Origin: an uncultured Candidatus Nitrosoarchaeum sp.
Lineage (GTDB): Archaea; Thermoproteota; Nitrososphaeria; Nitrososphaerales; Nitrosopumilaceae
DNA: 64,000 bases
Direction of reading: 5' to 3'
Assembly: GCA_938049695.1 (NCBI GenBank)
Contig: CALKVM010000002.1
Coordinates: 3,516-67,515 of the forward strand
Both the position numbers and the translations under genes were made by a program. A model generated the notes under the pieces. That model searched no databases. It saw only the letters and a program-made list of their open reading frames with translations, and was not told the DNA's origin. Of this stretch, positions 30,928 to 42,263 are shown piece by piece; position 1 is the first letter of the stretch, and each line of letters begins with the position of its first letter.

Positions 30928-31038
30928 ATGGCAGAAGCAGGAATAGCCGCATATGGCTCAGCAATAGGAGTAGCAATTGCACTAGCAGTTGTGTGTTTTG
31001 CACTTCGTGGTAAAGGACATCCAGAACCACTAGACTAA
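30928..31038 (+). CDS. Small single-TM peptide (36 aa)
   Basis: Manual translation MAEAGIAAYGSAIGVAIALAVVCFALRGKGHPEPLD*; upstream TTATAAA box; downstream hairpin and T-rich tract. Confidence 0.7.
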   Translation: MAEAGIAAYGSAIGVAIALAVVCFALRGKGHPEPLD

Positions 31039-31080
31039 TCAAAGGAAATTATTCCTTTACAATATTTTTCATTTATCTTA

Positions 31081-31725
31081 CTAGTCTTTACTTAGACCTA
31101 GCATTTCAGATAATGATACCTGTTTGCTATTTTTCTTTGTGATAAAGCACCTCTGATAGTATTGACAATCAGTGCAATCATTAGATGGCTCTAAAATTGG
31201 AGTTTTTTGTTCTTTAAGAAGATCATTTAGAACTCTAACTCTTCTAATAACTTCTTCAAACATTTTCTTATCACGTGTTAATGAAAACATGGTTTCTTCC
31301 TTATTTCCAGTAATGTAAATAATTACTCCATCGGTTTTATCATAAATCCACATGCAAGCATTAAGGTAAAGCAGATCATTTGCTAGAGGCATTTCTAGAA
31401 TAGTATTAGCAGGTCTTAAGAGAACAATGGAATCATCTGCAATCATATCTGCATGCCCTCTTAATTTGATATCATCAATTGCAAATTCTTTTGGGATACT
31501 ACCATATTGTAATTTTCGAAGCAAACCCGAAAGAAGATCATTGAAACCTCTTCTTTCAACTTCTTTAGAATCTACTCTATCATAATATGATCGTCTTAAA
31601 CATTGGACCACTTCTTTGAGATGAATAGTTTTGATGTCTTTTACATCAATTTCAATTTCCAATTCCCTTCCGATAGAATCTATTGCATTTTTTACTAAAC
31701 TTCGAAAATCTCTATCACCCATCAT
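31081..31725 (-). CDS. Stand-alone Cas4-like Fe-S/PD-(D/E)xK-fold protein
   Basis: N-terminal C.RR.YY and C-terminal CxxCxYxxxC give four Cys; G..D motif II present; no CRISPR array in the window. Confidence 0.75.
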   Translation of the reverse strand: MMGDRDFRSLVKNAIDSIGRELEIEIDVKDIKTIHLKEVVQCLRRSYYDRVDSKEVERRGFNDLLSGLLRKLQYGSIPKEFAIDDIKLRGHADMIADDSIVLLRPANTILEMPLANDLLYLNACMWIYDKTDGVIIYITGNKEETMFSLTRDKKMFEEVIRRVRVLNDLLKEQKTPILEPSNDCTDCQYYQRCFITKKNSKQVSLSEMLGLSKD

Positions 31726-31757
31726 GATAATTCACTTAACAAATCCATCTTTATAGA

Positions 31758-31994
31758 TTAACTCATAATACTAGTCAAAAATTTTGAAATTTTACTTGAA
31801 AATACTAATATGATAAAATGGACTCCAAATCCTACAATTGCACCTATTATGAGATTACCTGTTCCAAAATAAATTCCAAGGAATAACCCTAATGGTGGTA
31901 ATGATAAAATCATGGCTAAAAATGTACTAATCCAAATTGTATTAGTCACAATCTCTGTAGATATTTTAGTTTTTTTATTTGGAAATCTAATCAT
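31758..31994 (-). CDS. Small 2-TM hypothetical protein
   Basis: 78-aa hydrophobic ORF directly downstream of atpC. Confidence 0.75.
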   Translation of the reverse strand: MIRFPNKKTKISTEIVTNTIWISTFLAMILSLPPLGLFLGIYFGTGNLIIGAIVGFGVHFIILVFSSKISKFLTSIMS

Positions 31995-32004
31995 TTTTAG
32001 AATT

Positions 32005-33042
32005 TTATTCTTCTTCCAGAATTAACTTTGACATGGTAATTTCCGTTGGTATTTTTTGTTCAACTGCAAATGCAATAGCTGCCAAATTTCTGACTTCAAA
32101 TGCAGTTAATTTAGTAATTCCTACAATTGTTGCAAAGCTAAACATTTTCGTGAAAGATCTTAATGCTGTTTGGTAAATTACCATTTCAAAGGCTCTTTCA
32201 AATTCAGCAATTGCATCTAATTCATTTTCAGTTTGAGGAATCAAACTTTTGTATTTTGTATTGGATAATTCATTGAATGCATCTCTTATTGTTGCAGATG
32301 CTATCATTCTTCCAAGTAGATCTTTGGCAGTTGGAGTTTGAGAAACAATCAAATCTTGAATTTGTTCTTCTTGTAATCCCCAAAACTTTCCTCTAATCAC
32401 ACTTAAAATATTATAAAAATCTACATCCATTCCAACTAATTTGGTTGCATCCTTATCTGTATAATTTTTCATTGCACCAGCTAAACGTTGATATAAAATT
32501 TTATCAAAATATGTATCAAAAATTTGTATGTTTTTCCCCTCGTTGTATAATGCTGCAGCCTTTGCAATCTCCTCACCAAACTCTACTGAATTCAAACTTG
32601 CAACTGCCTCTTCAAGATCTTTTGCAACTAATGCCTTAATGACAATGTCTCTTTGTTTGATTAATTCCTCAGCATGAAGATTTATGTGAGTTTCAATTTC
32701 TTCTTGAGATTTTCCTAACACTTTTCCTTTCAGAATCGATTTCAAATTAGAAACAATGAATTTCATATAATATGCGTCCAACACACCAGAATTACCTGAT
32801 GTTTTTGCAATAGAATAATGTGTGTCTGCTAGATGACTTCTTAGAGCCGATTCAATACCTTGTGATGTATATGGTTTTTGAACTTCTGCTACAGAGTCAC
32901 CATAAATTGTATTTTTGATTCTAGTCATTAATTCATCAAGATCCCTTGATTCTGCTAGTGTTTGGAAATCAGATTTTTTTAATAATTTACCTCGCTTACT
33001 ATATGATTTTACAGATGCATAGACGTTTTTTGATCCACCCAT
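32005..33042 (-). CDS. atpC: A-type ATP synthase subunit C
   Basis: Length 345 aa; D.YNI....RG and E.RNL motifs of the AhaC/NtpC family; near other atp genes. Confidence 0.9.
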   Translation of the reverse strand: MGGSKNVYASVKSYSKRGKLLKKSDFQTLAESRDLDELMTRIKNTIYGDSVAEVQKPYTSQGIESALRSHLADTHYSIAKTSGNSGVLDAYYMKFIVSNLKSILKGKVLGKSQEEIETHINLHAEELIKQRDIVIKALVAKDLEEAVASLNSVEFGEEIAKAAALYNEGKNIQIFDTYFDKILYQRLAGAMKNYTDKDATKLVGMDVDFYNILSVIRGKFWGLQEEQIQDLIVSQTPTAKDLLGRMIASATIRDAFNELSNTKYKSLIPQTENELDAIAEFERAFEMVIYQTALRSFTKMFSFATIVGITKLTAFEVRNLAAIAFAVEQKIPTEITMSKLILEEE

Positions 33043-33106
33043 TTAGGTAAATCTCAACAGATAACCGATTTTAATGTTTGGCGTTCTCTTCCTAAAAACA
33101 TGATTT

Positions 33107-33769
33107 TTAAGTAATTTCATTGAGAAATCTAATGGCTTCTTCTTTATCCTGCTTTGATAGTTTCAAAAAAGCCTCTAAAATCTCCTTTTGAATCATTAAA
33201 GACTCGTCAGAAACATCCTTAAGTTTTGAGAGATCAAATGGGAGTAGATTGATTTTATTATCACAAAATGCTTTGACATATTTTTGAAAAATTGAATATG
33301 TGAAATTTGGACTAGTCTCTAATAGACTTGTAATGATTCTTTCATATTCTTTTTCCTTTGAATCCGATTTTGAAAAAAATTCTTTTAGTAATTTCTCTCT
33401 ATTTTTCACCTCACTTATGGATAATGCAATTAGTATTCCTTTTTTTGTTAGCTTGTAATATGGAATTCCCTTTTCTTGAAGCGCCTTTGGACCACGTCTC
33501 AAAGGTAATCTTCCATCCTCTTCGGCAATTTCCAAAGGAATCAGAATTTCATCTAGATCTCTGAAAATTCCGGAATAGATATTCTTCCAGGCAATGTCTT
33601 GTCTCTTTGCAATTCTTCGAGAAATTCCAGTTCTTGTTCTTTCAGCTGGATTAGCATTACTTGCCAATATTGTGATAATCGATCTTTGTCTATTGGCTTC
33701 TCCTGTAAGTTCTCCTTTTATCTTAAATGTATCAAAAATCGAGAGATTTGTATCTGATTTTATCTTCAT
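33107..33769 (-). CDS. Putative winged-helix regulator divergent from amt
   Basis: TRTGISRRIA helix and YYKLTKKG wing motif; shares an intergenic region with amt. Confidence 0.55.
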   Translation of the reverse strand: MKIKSDTNLSIFDTFKIKGELTGEANRQRSIITILASNANPAERTRTGISRRIAKRQDIAWKNIYSGIFRDLDEILIPLEIAEEDGRLPLRRGPKALQEKGIPYYKLTKKGILIALSISEVKNREKLLKEFFSKSDSKEKEYERIITSLLETSPNFTYSIFQKYVKAFCDNKINLLPFDLSKLKDVSDESLMIQKEILEAFLKLSKQDKEEAIRFLNEIT

Positions 33770-33897
33770 TTAATCACCATATGACATAATTTTCATTTCC
33801 TATGATAGTATCAGAATAAACTGAAATATAATAACTTACATTTTTACTAGTTTTTACATCTTCAACCCTTAAATAATTTTCAATTTCGATTAATTTA

Positions 33898-35442
33898 ATG
33901 AATTCTAGGAATCGCAAGTATGCTCTATTACTTGTGGTCACAGTAGCCATTACAGCAACAGGTGCAATGTCACAAGCATTTGCACAAAGTGTTAATGATG
34001 GTATGGACGGATACGTTGCAGGAACTAGTGGAATTTACACTGGTAATCCTAACGAATGTTGGTACGATGGTGGTGAAGGCAACATGTTACCCTGTAAAAT
34101 TGATACAGGTGCTTCAGCATGGATGCTATCAGCTACTTCAATGGTACTTCTCATGACACCCGGAGTCGGATTCTTTTATGGCGGTTTAGCCAGATCAAAG
34201 AATGTCGTCAACGTACTAGGCATGACCATAATTGTTATGGGTCTAATGTCAGTACAATGGGTTCTATGGGGGTATTCTCTAGCATTTGGTCCAATCGATA
34301 GTGATGCTAACATGTTCATGGGATCTCTTGAATATGTTGGACTCAACGAAGTTTCACCTTTTGCTCCACTAGGAGCACCAACTGCATGTTCTGATACAAG
34401 ATTTGCAGCAGCACCAGGTGAAGTATGTAGCGACAATTGGACAGGAGGAGTTTCACATCAGTTATTCGCAATGTTCCAGATGACATTCGCAATTATTACC
34501 CCAGCTCTAATCATTGGTGGAATAATTGACAGAATTAAGTTCAGCGCATTAATAATATTCATACTCCTATGGGCCACCTTCGTTTACGATCCAGTTGCAC
34601 ACTGGGTTTGGGGAGGAGGTTACATTGGAGGAGGCGCATTAGATCTTAATCCTGACCTATCTCCGTCATACGGGTTAGACTTTGCTGGTGGTACTGTAGT
34701 ACACATTACTTCAGGATTCTCTGCTTTAGCAGGTGCCTTAGTCCTTGGTAGAAGACTCGGATATGGTAAGGTACCAATGGAACCACACAACATTCCAATG
34801 GTAATACTAGGAACATCATTACTCTGGTTTGGATGGTTTGGTTTTAACGCAGGAAGTGAAGTAGGAGTCGACGGTATTACTGTAAGCGCATGGACTGTTA
34901 CAAATACTGCAACAGGTATGGCTGCTCTTACTTGGGTCTTGATGTCATGGGCACATACAGGAAAACCAAGTATTGTAGGAGCTGCATCAGGTGCAGTAGC
35001 AGGATTGGTAGCAATCACTCCAGCATCAGGTTGGGTTGGTCCAATGGCTTCGATTATAATTGGTATTGCAGCTGGAACAGTTTGTTATGGATGTGTATCA
35101 TTCAAGAACGCACGCAAATGGGACGATGCATTAGATGTATGGGGAGTACATGGAATGGGTGGTCTTACAGGTGCAATTTTGACTGGTACATTAGCTAGTC
35201 CACACATTTGGGATACCGGTGACGGTATCGGTGCATGGACTGGTACTGCAGAAGGAATGGAACAGCAAGCAATCAACATCATTGCCGCAGCTATATCAGT
35301 AGGATATGCGTTTGGTGTTACAATTGTAATCCTCAAAATAATGGATACCGTTTGGCCTGGCGGAATCAGAGTCACTCCTAAAGAAGAGGAGATTGGTCTT
35401 GATTTAGCACAGCACGGAGAAAGAGCATACGTTAACGAATAA
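33898..35442 (+). CDS. amt: Ammonium transporter
   Basis: FFYGG, FQMTFA.ITPA, DFAGGTVVH, LWFGWFGFNAGS, DDALDVWGVHG and GLD.AQHGE motifs. Confidence 0.98.
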   Translation: MNSRNRKYALLLVVTVAITATGAMSQAFAQSVNDGMDGYVAGTSGIYTGNPNECWYDGGEGNMLPCKIDTGASAWMLSATSMVLLMTPGVGFFYGGLARSKNVVNVLGMTIIVMGLMSVQWVLWGYSLAFGPIDSDANMFMGSLEYVGLNEVSPFAPLGAPTACSDTRFAAAPGEVCSDNWTGGVSHQLFAMFQMTFAIITPALIIGGIIDRIKFSALIIFILLWATFVYDPVAHWVWGGGYIGGGALDLNPDLSPSYGLDFAGGTVVHITSGFSALAGALVLGRRLGYGKVPMEPHNIPMVILGTSLLWFGWFGFNAGSEVGVDGITVSAWTVTNTATGMAALTWVLMSWAHTGKPSIVGAASGAVAGLVAITPASGWVGPMASIIIGIAAGTVCYGCVSFKNARKWDDALDVWGVHGMGGLTGAILTGTLASPHIWDTGDGIGAWTGTAEGMEQQAINIIAAAISVGYAFGVTIVILKIMDTVWPGGIRVTPKEEEIGLDLAQHGERAYVNE

Positions 35443-35498
35443 GGAAAATTCCCTTTCTTTTCTTTTTATTATTCAAACCAAATGAATTTACATTTGTT

Positions 35499-36290
35499 TT
35501 GTTTTATTTGATCATGATAATTTCTACAACAAATCTTAATTCGATTCTAAATAATTCAAATATTGTAATAATTGATACTCGTTCTTTCAAAGAATACTCG
35601 GAAGGTCATATTCCCAGAGCTGTAAATCTGGATCTATTTGCATTTCATTGGATTGATACAACTAAGGAAGGAATTGAAAATTTTAACAGACAAGCAGAAA
35701 CTCTCTTTTCATTTGTTGGAATTACTCCGGAAAAAAAAGTTGTATTTTATGATGATGTCTCTGGTATGCTAGCTGCAAGAGGTGTTTGGATGTTAATGTA
35801 TTTTTCACATCCAGATGTATCTATATTAGATGGCGGAATGAAAAAATGGAAACAAGAAAATCTTCCACTTGAAACAGAATCAAATGGTTTCAAACCTGCC
35901 AAATTTTCTGGAAAAATTAATCCAGAAATTATCTCTGGATTTGAATACATCCATGATAATCTCAATCATCTCAAAATACTTGATGCAAGATCACAAGGAG
36001 AATTTAATGGAAGTGTAATCAGAGCAGCTCAAGCAGGACATATTCCATACGCTATAAACATAGATTGGAATCTTAATCTCAATGAAGATGGAACTTTCAA
36101 AAATGATGAAGAATTGTCAAAATTATATGATATCCCAAAAAACTCTGAAATTGTAACTTATTGTCAAGGAGCATATCGTGCTGCCAATACCTTTCTTGTA
36201 TTAAAAAAACTTGGTTTTGAAAATATACGTGTCTATCTAGGTTCATGGGGCGAATGGGGAAATAGATTAGAACTTCCTGTGAAAAAATAG
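35499..36290 (+). CDS. Tandem-domain rhodanese/thiosulfate sulfurtransferase
   Basis: GHIP.A twice, LDGG, YCQGAYRAA active loop and Y.GSW.EW motif. Confidence 0.92.
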   Translation: MFYLIMIISTTNLNSILNNSNIVIIDTRSFKEYSEGHIPRAVNLDLFAFHWIDTTKEGIENFNRQAETLFSFVGITPEKKVVFYDDVSGMLAARGVWMLMYFSHPDVSILDGGMKKWKQENLPLETESNGFKPAKFSGKINPEIISGFEYIHDNLNHLKILDARSQGEFNGSVIRAAQAGHIPYAINIDWNLNLNEDGTFKNDEELSKLYDIPKNSEIVTYCQGAYRAANTFLVLKKLGFENIRVYLGSWGEWGNRLELPVKK

Positions 36291-36305
36291 ATTTTTTATA
36301 AAATT

Positions 36306-38414
36306 TTATTTTCGTTTCCAAATAAATTGATTGTAAATTAACTCTGGTCTAATTTGTCTAAATGGTTGAGCTCCACCTACATACCATTTTGTAAAGAATT
36401 CGTATAGATGCAATCTGAGTGATTGAATGTATACAATTAATCCTTCAATCATCATGATTCCCAAGTTTCCACCAATAATCATTGCCATTGCTGCACCTGA
36501 TTCTGCACCACCTAATGATGCAAATGCATTATTTACTGTCATTAACAATGCTGCATGTACAAGTAACATAATTCCAAGTCGAGCATAACTGATTGTATGA
36601 GCTAAACTTTCTACAGTTTTTCCAAGTAACACTTCCATTAGAACACTGGCTGGATCTCCTCCTCCTTCTGGATGTTTCTTTGCATGTAAAATTCCGCCAA
36701 CCATCATCAATACCATTGATGCAATCACAATTATCACTGCAATTCTTGTAATAATCCAAACTTGTGCCCAATCACCTAGAAATATTGTTACCCATGGAAC
36801 AGCTTCAGTATGTATTTTTGAATACATGTTCATTACATCATATTGTGAACCAATTGCACACATCATAACTACAACAATTCCTCCATAAAGTGTGATATTT
36901 GGAATTGCTTCTGTAAACATTACGAGTTTATGTCCTTCTTGAGATAATCTTCTGACACGTAGAACCATTGCCCAAACTAAATGAATAATTCCAATGAACA
37001 ATGAAACTTTGAGAATGTTTATGACCTGATCAAATGTGAGCTCTGCAACACTCAGTATTCCAACAATCCAACTAACTGAATGTAACGCCCCACCTTCTTC
37101 TAAAAGTCCTTCAAATGGACCCATATGAGCAATATGATATCCAAACATCTCTCCTGTACCCACACCTGCAATTGCAGCTGATGCACCAGAAATTGCAATT
37201 AACATTCCCCATCTTGAAAGGTCTCCTTGTCCCTTGACTTTGAATAATAGACCTAATCCCATTAGTAATAATCCATGACCCATATCTGCAAACATCAATC
37301 CATAGAAAATTGGCCACATTAGGGCAATCATAGGAGTAGGATCTGGCTCTCCTTTTTTTGGAATGCCTTGGCTTTTTGTAATTACTTCAAACGTTCTGAC
37401 AAATTTTTTATTTTCAAATAATGTGGGTGAACTATCTCTGAGTTTTGGATCTGTAATATCTTCAATTACTGACATCCATTGTTTTGTAGAATCTTTAAAT
37501 TTTTCTTCCATTTTTTTTGGAATATATCCTTGTATTACTGCAAAATGTCTGGTGCCTCCAGGCTTTCTTAACATCTCAAGTACATCTTTTGCAATTAGTG
37601 CTTTTTCATGAATAGCGAGAATATCTCTACGTATTTTCTTTTTTAATGCTGAAATTTCTTTAGCTATTGAGACCTGTTTTGCAGTTAGATCTTTTATTTT
37701 AGATTCTGCTAATGCATAAGCTTCACTAGGAATCTGTGGAAATCCCTCAGGAATTTTAAATGAATTAGAATTGAAACTTCTTAGAACTTTGAAAACTTTA
37801 TCAGATTCTGCAATATCGGAAATTATTAAAAGAGCAGACTTGTCTTTACTTTCTAAATCATATTTGTACATTGTAATATCTTCAAGGGAACGACTAATTT
37901 CTTCATAGTCTGCAGAATTAATAACAAAAAGATTCGTAAAAAAATATTTCATTAATCCAAATCCTGTTAGATTTATTTGCATCTTTCTAATTACTTCTAA
38001 AGTATCTCTGAGAGATTTGTATTCCTCAATGGAAAGTCTAGTGTTTGCAGCTTCTTCTAGTAGATGAGCAGGTTTGTCAATAATTGAAGGAGTTGTTTTT
38101 CTTAGATCATTTACCATATCTTCAATTTCATCAATTTCATAATCTTTTTTCTTGATCACAGTACCTTTGAAGAGTATCTCCATAATTCCTACAATCAATG
38201 GAATTTCCATACCTTTGATCACATCGTCTATTGATTGGAATGTTTTTTGTGCTTCTAAAAGAAGATCATCAATTTCAGGTGTTACTAGATCACTTGTAGA
38301 ATCAATCTTATGAAACCATTCAAACTCAGTTAATCTAGAAATTGCCTTTGGAGAGTCACTTCTTGGTAAAATTATAGTTCCTAGTTTTAGATCGGCTGTT
38401 CCCAAGACACTCAT
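36306..38414 (-). CDS. atpI: A-type ATP synthase subunit I (a)
   Basis: DPTP, FYGLMFADMGHG, SYARL and LRLH.YEFF.K.Y motifs. Confidence 0.96.
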   Translation of the reverse strand: MSVLGTADLKLGTIILPRSDSPKAISRLTEFEWFHKIDSTSDLVTPEIDDLLLEAQKTFQSIDDVIKGMEIPLIVGIMEILFKGTVIKKKDYEIDEIEDMVNDLRKTTPSIIDKPAHLLEEAANTRLSIEEYKSLRDTLEVIRKMQINLTGFGLMKYFFTNLFVINSADYEEISRSLEDITMYKYDLESKDKSALLIISDIAESDKVFKVLRSFNSNSFKIPEGFPQIPSEAYALAESKIKDLTAKQVSIAKEISALKKKIRRDILAIHEKALIAKDVLEMLRKPGGTRHFAVIQGYIPKKMEEKFKDSTKQWMSVIEDITDPKLRDSSPTLFENKKFVRTFEVITKSQGIPKKGEPDPTPMIALMWPIFYGLMFADMGHGLLLMGLGLLFKVKGQGDLSRWGMLIAISGASAAIAGVGTGEMFGYHIAHMGPFEGLLEEGGALHSVSWIVGILSVAELTFDQVINILKVSLFIGIIHLVWAMVLRVRRLSQEGHKLVMFTEAIPNITLYGGIVVVMMCAIGSQYDVMNMYSKIHTEAVPWVTIFLGDWAQVWIITRIAVIIVIASMVLMMVGGILHAKKHPEGGGDPASVLMEVLLGKTVESLAHTISYARLGIMLLVHAALLMTVNNAFASLGGAESGAAMAMIIGGNLGIMMIEGLIVYIQSLRLHLYEFFTKWYVGGAQPFRQIRPELIYNQFIWKRK

Positions 38415-38498
38415 CTGTAGTTTTATTTAGTTTAATATCTTTCTGAAACTGCCCTTATTCACAAACATTAAAATCTAATTATGGATTGACGCGTTATA

Positions 38499-39098
38499 TT
38501 GGGATCTAATTCTGCATTAGAACACACAATTGATAAAATTCTTACTCAAACTGAAAAGAGTATTTTATCAAATATTCAGTTAGCCCTTTCAGAATCACAG
38601 AAAACCCTTGATAATGCTATTCCTAAACTAGAGCAAGAATATGAGAAAGTTATTTCAGATGGTAAAAAAGAAGCAGATAAGATTGAAAAACAGATCATTG
38701 GTAGTTCTGATTTAGAAGCAAGAAACAAACAACTTTTAGCATTAGAAGAAGCAATCGATAAAGTGTTTACAAAAGCAATCGATCAAATTTCAAATATGGC
38801 TCGTAGTGGCGATTATTCTAATCTAATCAAAACTTTGTTAGATGAATCAACTGAAATTTTAGGTACAACTAAAGTTATAATTTATACAAATTCTAAAGAC
38901 AAAAACGTAGTACAAGACGTATTGTCTAAATATCCTGGTGCAGAAATATCTCCTGAACCAATTAATTGTCTTGGTGGTATTACAGTAAAATCAAAAGATG
39001 GTGCAATGAAATTTGATAATACTCTTGATGCGAGAATTCAACGTATGAAGCCTTTAATAAGGAAAGAAATAGCCACAAAATTCGGAGTGGGTAATTAG
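38499..39098 (+). CDS. atpE: A-type ATP synthase subunit E
   Basis: Coiled-coil N-terminus; GG.....DG....DNT motif. Confidence 0.9.
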   Translation: MGSNSALEHTIDKILTQTEKSILSNIQLALSESQKTLDNAIPKLEQEYEKVISDGKKEADKIEKQIIGSSDLEARNKQLLALEEAIDKVFTKAIDQISNMARSGDYSNLIKTLLDESTEILGTTKVIIYTNSKDKNVVQDVLSKYPGAEISPEPINCLGGITVKSKDGAMKFDNTLDARIQRMKPLIRKEIATKFGVGN

Positions 39099-40877
39099 AT
39101 GGCAGCTAAAGGTAGAATTGTTTGGGTAAGCGGTCCAGCAGTTAGAGCTGATGGAATGTCTGATGCAAAAATGTATGAGACTGTAGTTGTTGGCAACTCA
39201 AAATTAGTTGGTGAAGTTATTCGTCTAACTGGCGATGTTGCATTTATTCAAGTTTACGAATCCACAAGTGGACTAAAACCTGGTGAACCAGTTGTTGGTA
39301 CAGGAAATCCACTTAGTGTTTTATTAGGTCCAGGTATTATTGGACAAATTTATGATGGAATCCAAAGACCATTAAAAGAATTATCAAAAGTTTCTGGCTC
39401 ATTTATTGGCAAAGGCATTACAACAACTCCAGTAGATATGACGAAAAAATATCATTTTGTACCAACTGTAAGTAATGGTGATCAAGTTGAAGCAGGAAAT
39501 GTCATTGGTACTGTCAAAGAGACAGACCTCATTGAGAACTCTATTATGGTTCCACCGGATCACCTTGGTGGAAAAATCTCAAATATGGTAAGTGAGGGAG
39601 ATTATAATCTAGAAACTGTACTAGCTACTACTGAAAAAGATGGACAAAAAACCTCTCTTAAAATGTATCATAGATGGCCTGTTAGAAAACCACGACCGTA
39701 CAAAAATAGATACGATCCAACAGTTCCACTTATAACAGGACAGCGTGTTATTGACACATTTTTCCCAATTGCAAAGGGTGGTACTGGTTCTATTCCAGGT
39801 GCATTTGGAACAGGAAAGACAGTTACACTACATCAAATTGCAAAATGGGCTGATTCACAAGTTGTAGTTTACATCGGATGTGGTGAGAGAGGAAACGAAA
39901 TGACTGAAGTACTTGTTGAATTTCCACATCTTAAAGATCCACGTAGTGGTAAACCACTTATGGATAGAACAGTTTTGGTTGCAAACACAAGTAACATGCC
40001 AGTAGCTGCAAGAGAAGCAAGTATCTACACTGGTGTTACAATTGCTGAATATTATAGAGATATGGGTAAAGACGTTGTACTTGTAGCCGATTCTACTAGT
40101 CGATGGGCAGAATCACTCAGAGAAATGAGTGGAAGATTAGAAGAGATGCCAGCAGAAGAAGGTTATCCATCATATCTTGCATCAAGATTAGCAGAATTTT
40201 ATGAAAGAGCAGGCCGTGTTAGAGCTATTGGAAGTCCTGATCGTGATGGGTCAGTTACTCTGGTTGGTGCTGTTTCGCCATCAGGTGGAGACTTTACTGA
40301 GCCAGTAACAACACACACAATGAGATTTATCAAAACATTCTGGGCTTTGGATGCAAAACTTGCTTACTCTAGACACTACCCTTCAATTAACTGGATGAAT
40401 AGCTATTCTGGTTATCTTGGTGATATTGCAAAATGGTGGGGTGAAAACATCAATGAAGATTGGCTATCCCTTAGAAGTGAAGCTTATGGTATTTTACAAA
40501 GAGAAGATACACTAAAAGAAATTGTTAGACTCTTAGGTCCAGAAGCATTACCAGATGAAGAAAAACTAATTCTTGAAGTTGCAAGAATGATAAAGATTGG
40601 TCTATTACAACAAAATTCATTTGATGATGTCGATACTTATTGCAGTCCACAAAAACAATACAAATTACTAAAACTACTAGTTGAATTCTATAGAAGAGGT
40701 CAACAGGCATTAAAAGAAGGTACAGCCTTAGCTGATATTCGTGCAATGCCGATAATTACCACATTACTCAAAGCAAGGATGGATATCAAAGATAATGAAA
40801 TATCAAAACTTGATCAATTAGATATTGATATGAAAGAACAATTCAAATCTATTATGGGAGTGAAAGTTTCAAATTGA
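39099..40877 (+). CDS. atpA: A-type ATP synthase subunit A
   Basis: GAFGTGKT and GCGERGNE motifs. Confidence 0.98.
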   Translation: MAAKGRIVWVSGPAVRADGMSDAKMYETVVVGNSKLVGEVIRLTGDVAFIQVYESTSGLKPGEPVVGTGNPLSVLLGPGIIGQIYDGIQRPLKELSKVSGSFIGKGITTTPVDMTKKYHFVPTVSNGDQVEAGNVIGTVKETDLIENSIMVPPDHLGGKISNMVSEGDYNLETVLATTEKDGQKTSLKMYHRWPVRKPRPYKNRYDPTVPLITGQRVIDTFFPIAKGGTGSIPGAFGTGKTVTLHQIAKWADSQVVVYIGCGERGNEMTEVLVEFPHLKDPRSGKPLMDRTVLVANTSNMPVAAREASIYTGVTIAEYYRDMGKDVVLVADSTSRWAESLREMSGRLEEMPAEEGYPSYLASRLAEFYERAGRVRAIGSPDRDGSVTLVGAVSPSGGDFTEPVTTHTMRFIKTFWALDAKLAYSRHYPSINWMNSYSGYLGDIAKWWGENINEDWLSLRSEAYGILQREDTLKEIVRLLGPEALPDEEKLILEVARMIKIGLLQQNSFDDVDTYCSPQKQYKLLKLLVEFYRRGQQALKEGTALADIRAMPIITTLLKARMDIKDNEISKLDQLDIDMKEQFKSIMGVKVSN

Positions 40878-42259
40878 CAGATAAAGGTGGAGTTCAATAC
40901 AGCAAGATTGCAGAAATCAAAGGTCCACTAGTAGTTGTTGATGACGTTGAAAATGCAGCATTTGATGAACTTGTAGAAATTGAAACTAAAGAAGGAGAAA
41001 GAAGATTAGGCAAAGTTCTTGAAGTTGGAAATGGAAAAGCAATAGTTCAGGTATTTGAGGGTACATCTGGATTATCAATTTCTGGCACTAGTGCAAAATT
41101 TGTAGGTAAACTCATGGAAATGCCTGTATCAAAAGAAGTACTTGGTAGAGTATTTGATGGATTAGGTAGACCAAAAGACGGACTCCCAGATCCGATTGCT
41201 GATAAATTTATTGACATCAACGGTGAACCAATGAATCCAGAACAACGTGAATATCCAAAAGACTTCATTCAAACTGGTGTTTCTGTTATTGATGGAATGA
41301 TTACTCTAGTACGAGGACAAAAACTACCGATATTTTCTGGCTCTGGTATGTCACATAACATTCTTGCAGCACAAATTGCAAGACAAGCAAGTGTTGTTGG
41401 TACAAAAGATGATTTTGCAGTAGTATTTGCAGCGATTGGTGTGCAATACAGTGAAGCAGAATACTTCAGAAGAAGTCTTGAAGAATCAGGTGCACTAAAA
41501 AGAAGTGTTCTATTTCTAAATACAGCAGATGATCCTGCAATTGAAAGAATTATCACTCCGCGTGTAGCATTAACTGTTGCAGAATACTTGGCATTTGATC
41601 TTGGAATGCATGTTCTTGTTATACTAACTGATATGACAAATTATGCAGAAGCACTAAGAGAAATCAGTGCAGCAAGAGAAGAAGTACCGGGAAGAAAAGG
41701 TTACCCTGGTTATCTTTACACTGATCTTTCAACAATTTATGAAAGAGCAGGAAAATTAAATGGAAGAAAAGGCAGTGTTACACAAGTTCCAATTTTATCA
41801 ATGCCATCTGATGATATCACTCATCCAATTCCTGATCTTACTGGATACATCACAGAGGGTCAAGTTGTACTTGGAAGAGATTTATTCCGACAAGGTGTTT
41901 ATCCACCAATCAATATCTTGATGAGTCTTAGCAGATTAATGAAAGATGGAATCGGTGAAGGAAGTACAAGGGCAGATCACAGCGAAGTCTCAAATCAAGT
42001 TTATGATGCATACTCTAGAGCACAAGAAGTTAGAGCACTAGCTGGAATTGTAGGTAAAGCAGGATTAACAGAAATTGATTTGAAGTACATGGATGTTGGT
42101 GATGTCTTTGAAAAAGAATTCCTTACTCAGGCAACTGATGAAAATAGAACCATAGAAGAAACTCTTAATCTCTTATGGAAAATTGTTTCAAAACTTCCAA
42201 AGAATGAGATTACTAAGATTAAAGACAAATACATAGATCAATATTATCAGGGAAAATAG
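40874..42259 (+). CDS. atpB: A-type ATP synthase subunit B
   Basis: [19 protein letters not shown] and [15 protein letters not shown] motifs. Confidence 0.98.
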   Translation: MTDKGGVQYSKIAEIKGPLVVVDDVENAAFDELVEIETKEGERRLGKVLEVGNGKAIVQVFEGTSGLSISGTSAKFVGKLMEMPVSKEVLGRVFDGLGRPKDGLPDPIADKFIDINGEPMNPEQREYPKDFIQTGVSVIDGMITLVRGQKLPIFSGSGMSHNILAAQIARQASVVGTKDDFAVVFAAIGVQYSEAEYFRRSLEESGALKRSVLFLNTADDPAIERIITPRVALTVAEYLAFDLGMHVLVILTDMTNYAEALREISAAREEVPGRKGYPGYLYTDLSTIYERAGKLNGRKGSVTQVPILSMPSDDITHPIPDLTGYITEGQVVLGRDLFRQGVYPPINILMSLSRLMKDGIGEGSTRADHSEVSNQVYDAYSRAQEVRALAGIVGKAGLTEIDLKYMDVGDVFEKEFLTQATDENRTIEETLNLLWKIVSKLPKNEITKIKDKYIDQYYQGK

Positions 42260-42263
42260 CAGA

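Noticed and set aside
34119..35375. Several overlapping alternative-frame ORFs in amt, including a Cys-rich one at 34890..35198
   Set aside because: Shadow ORFs produced by the codon bias of a strongly conserved gene
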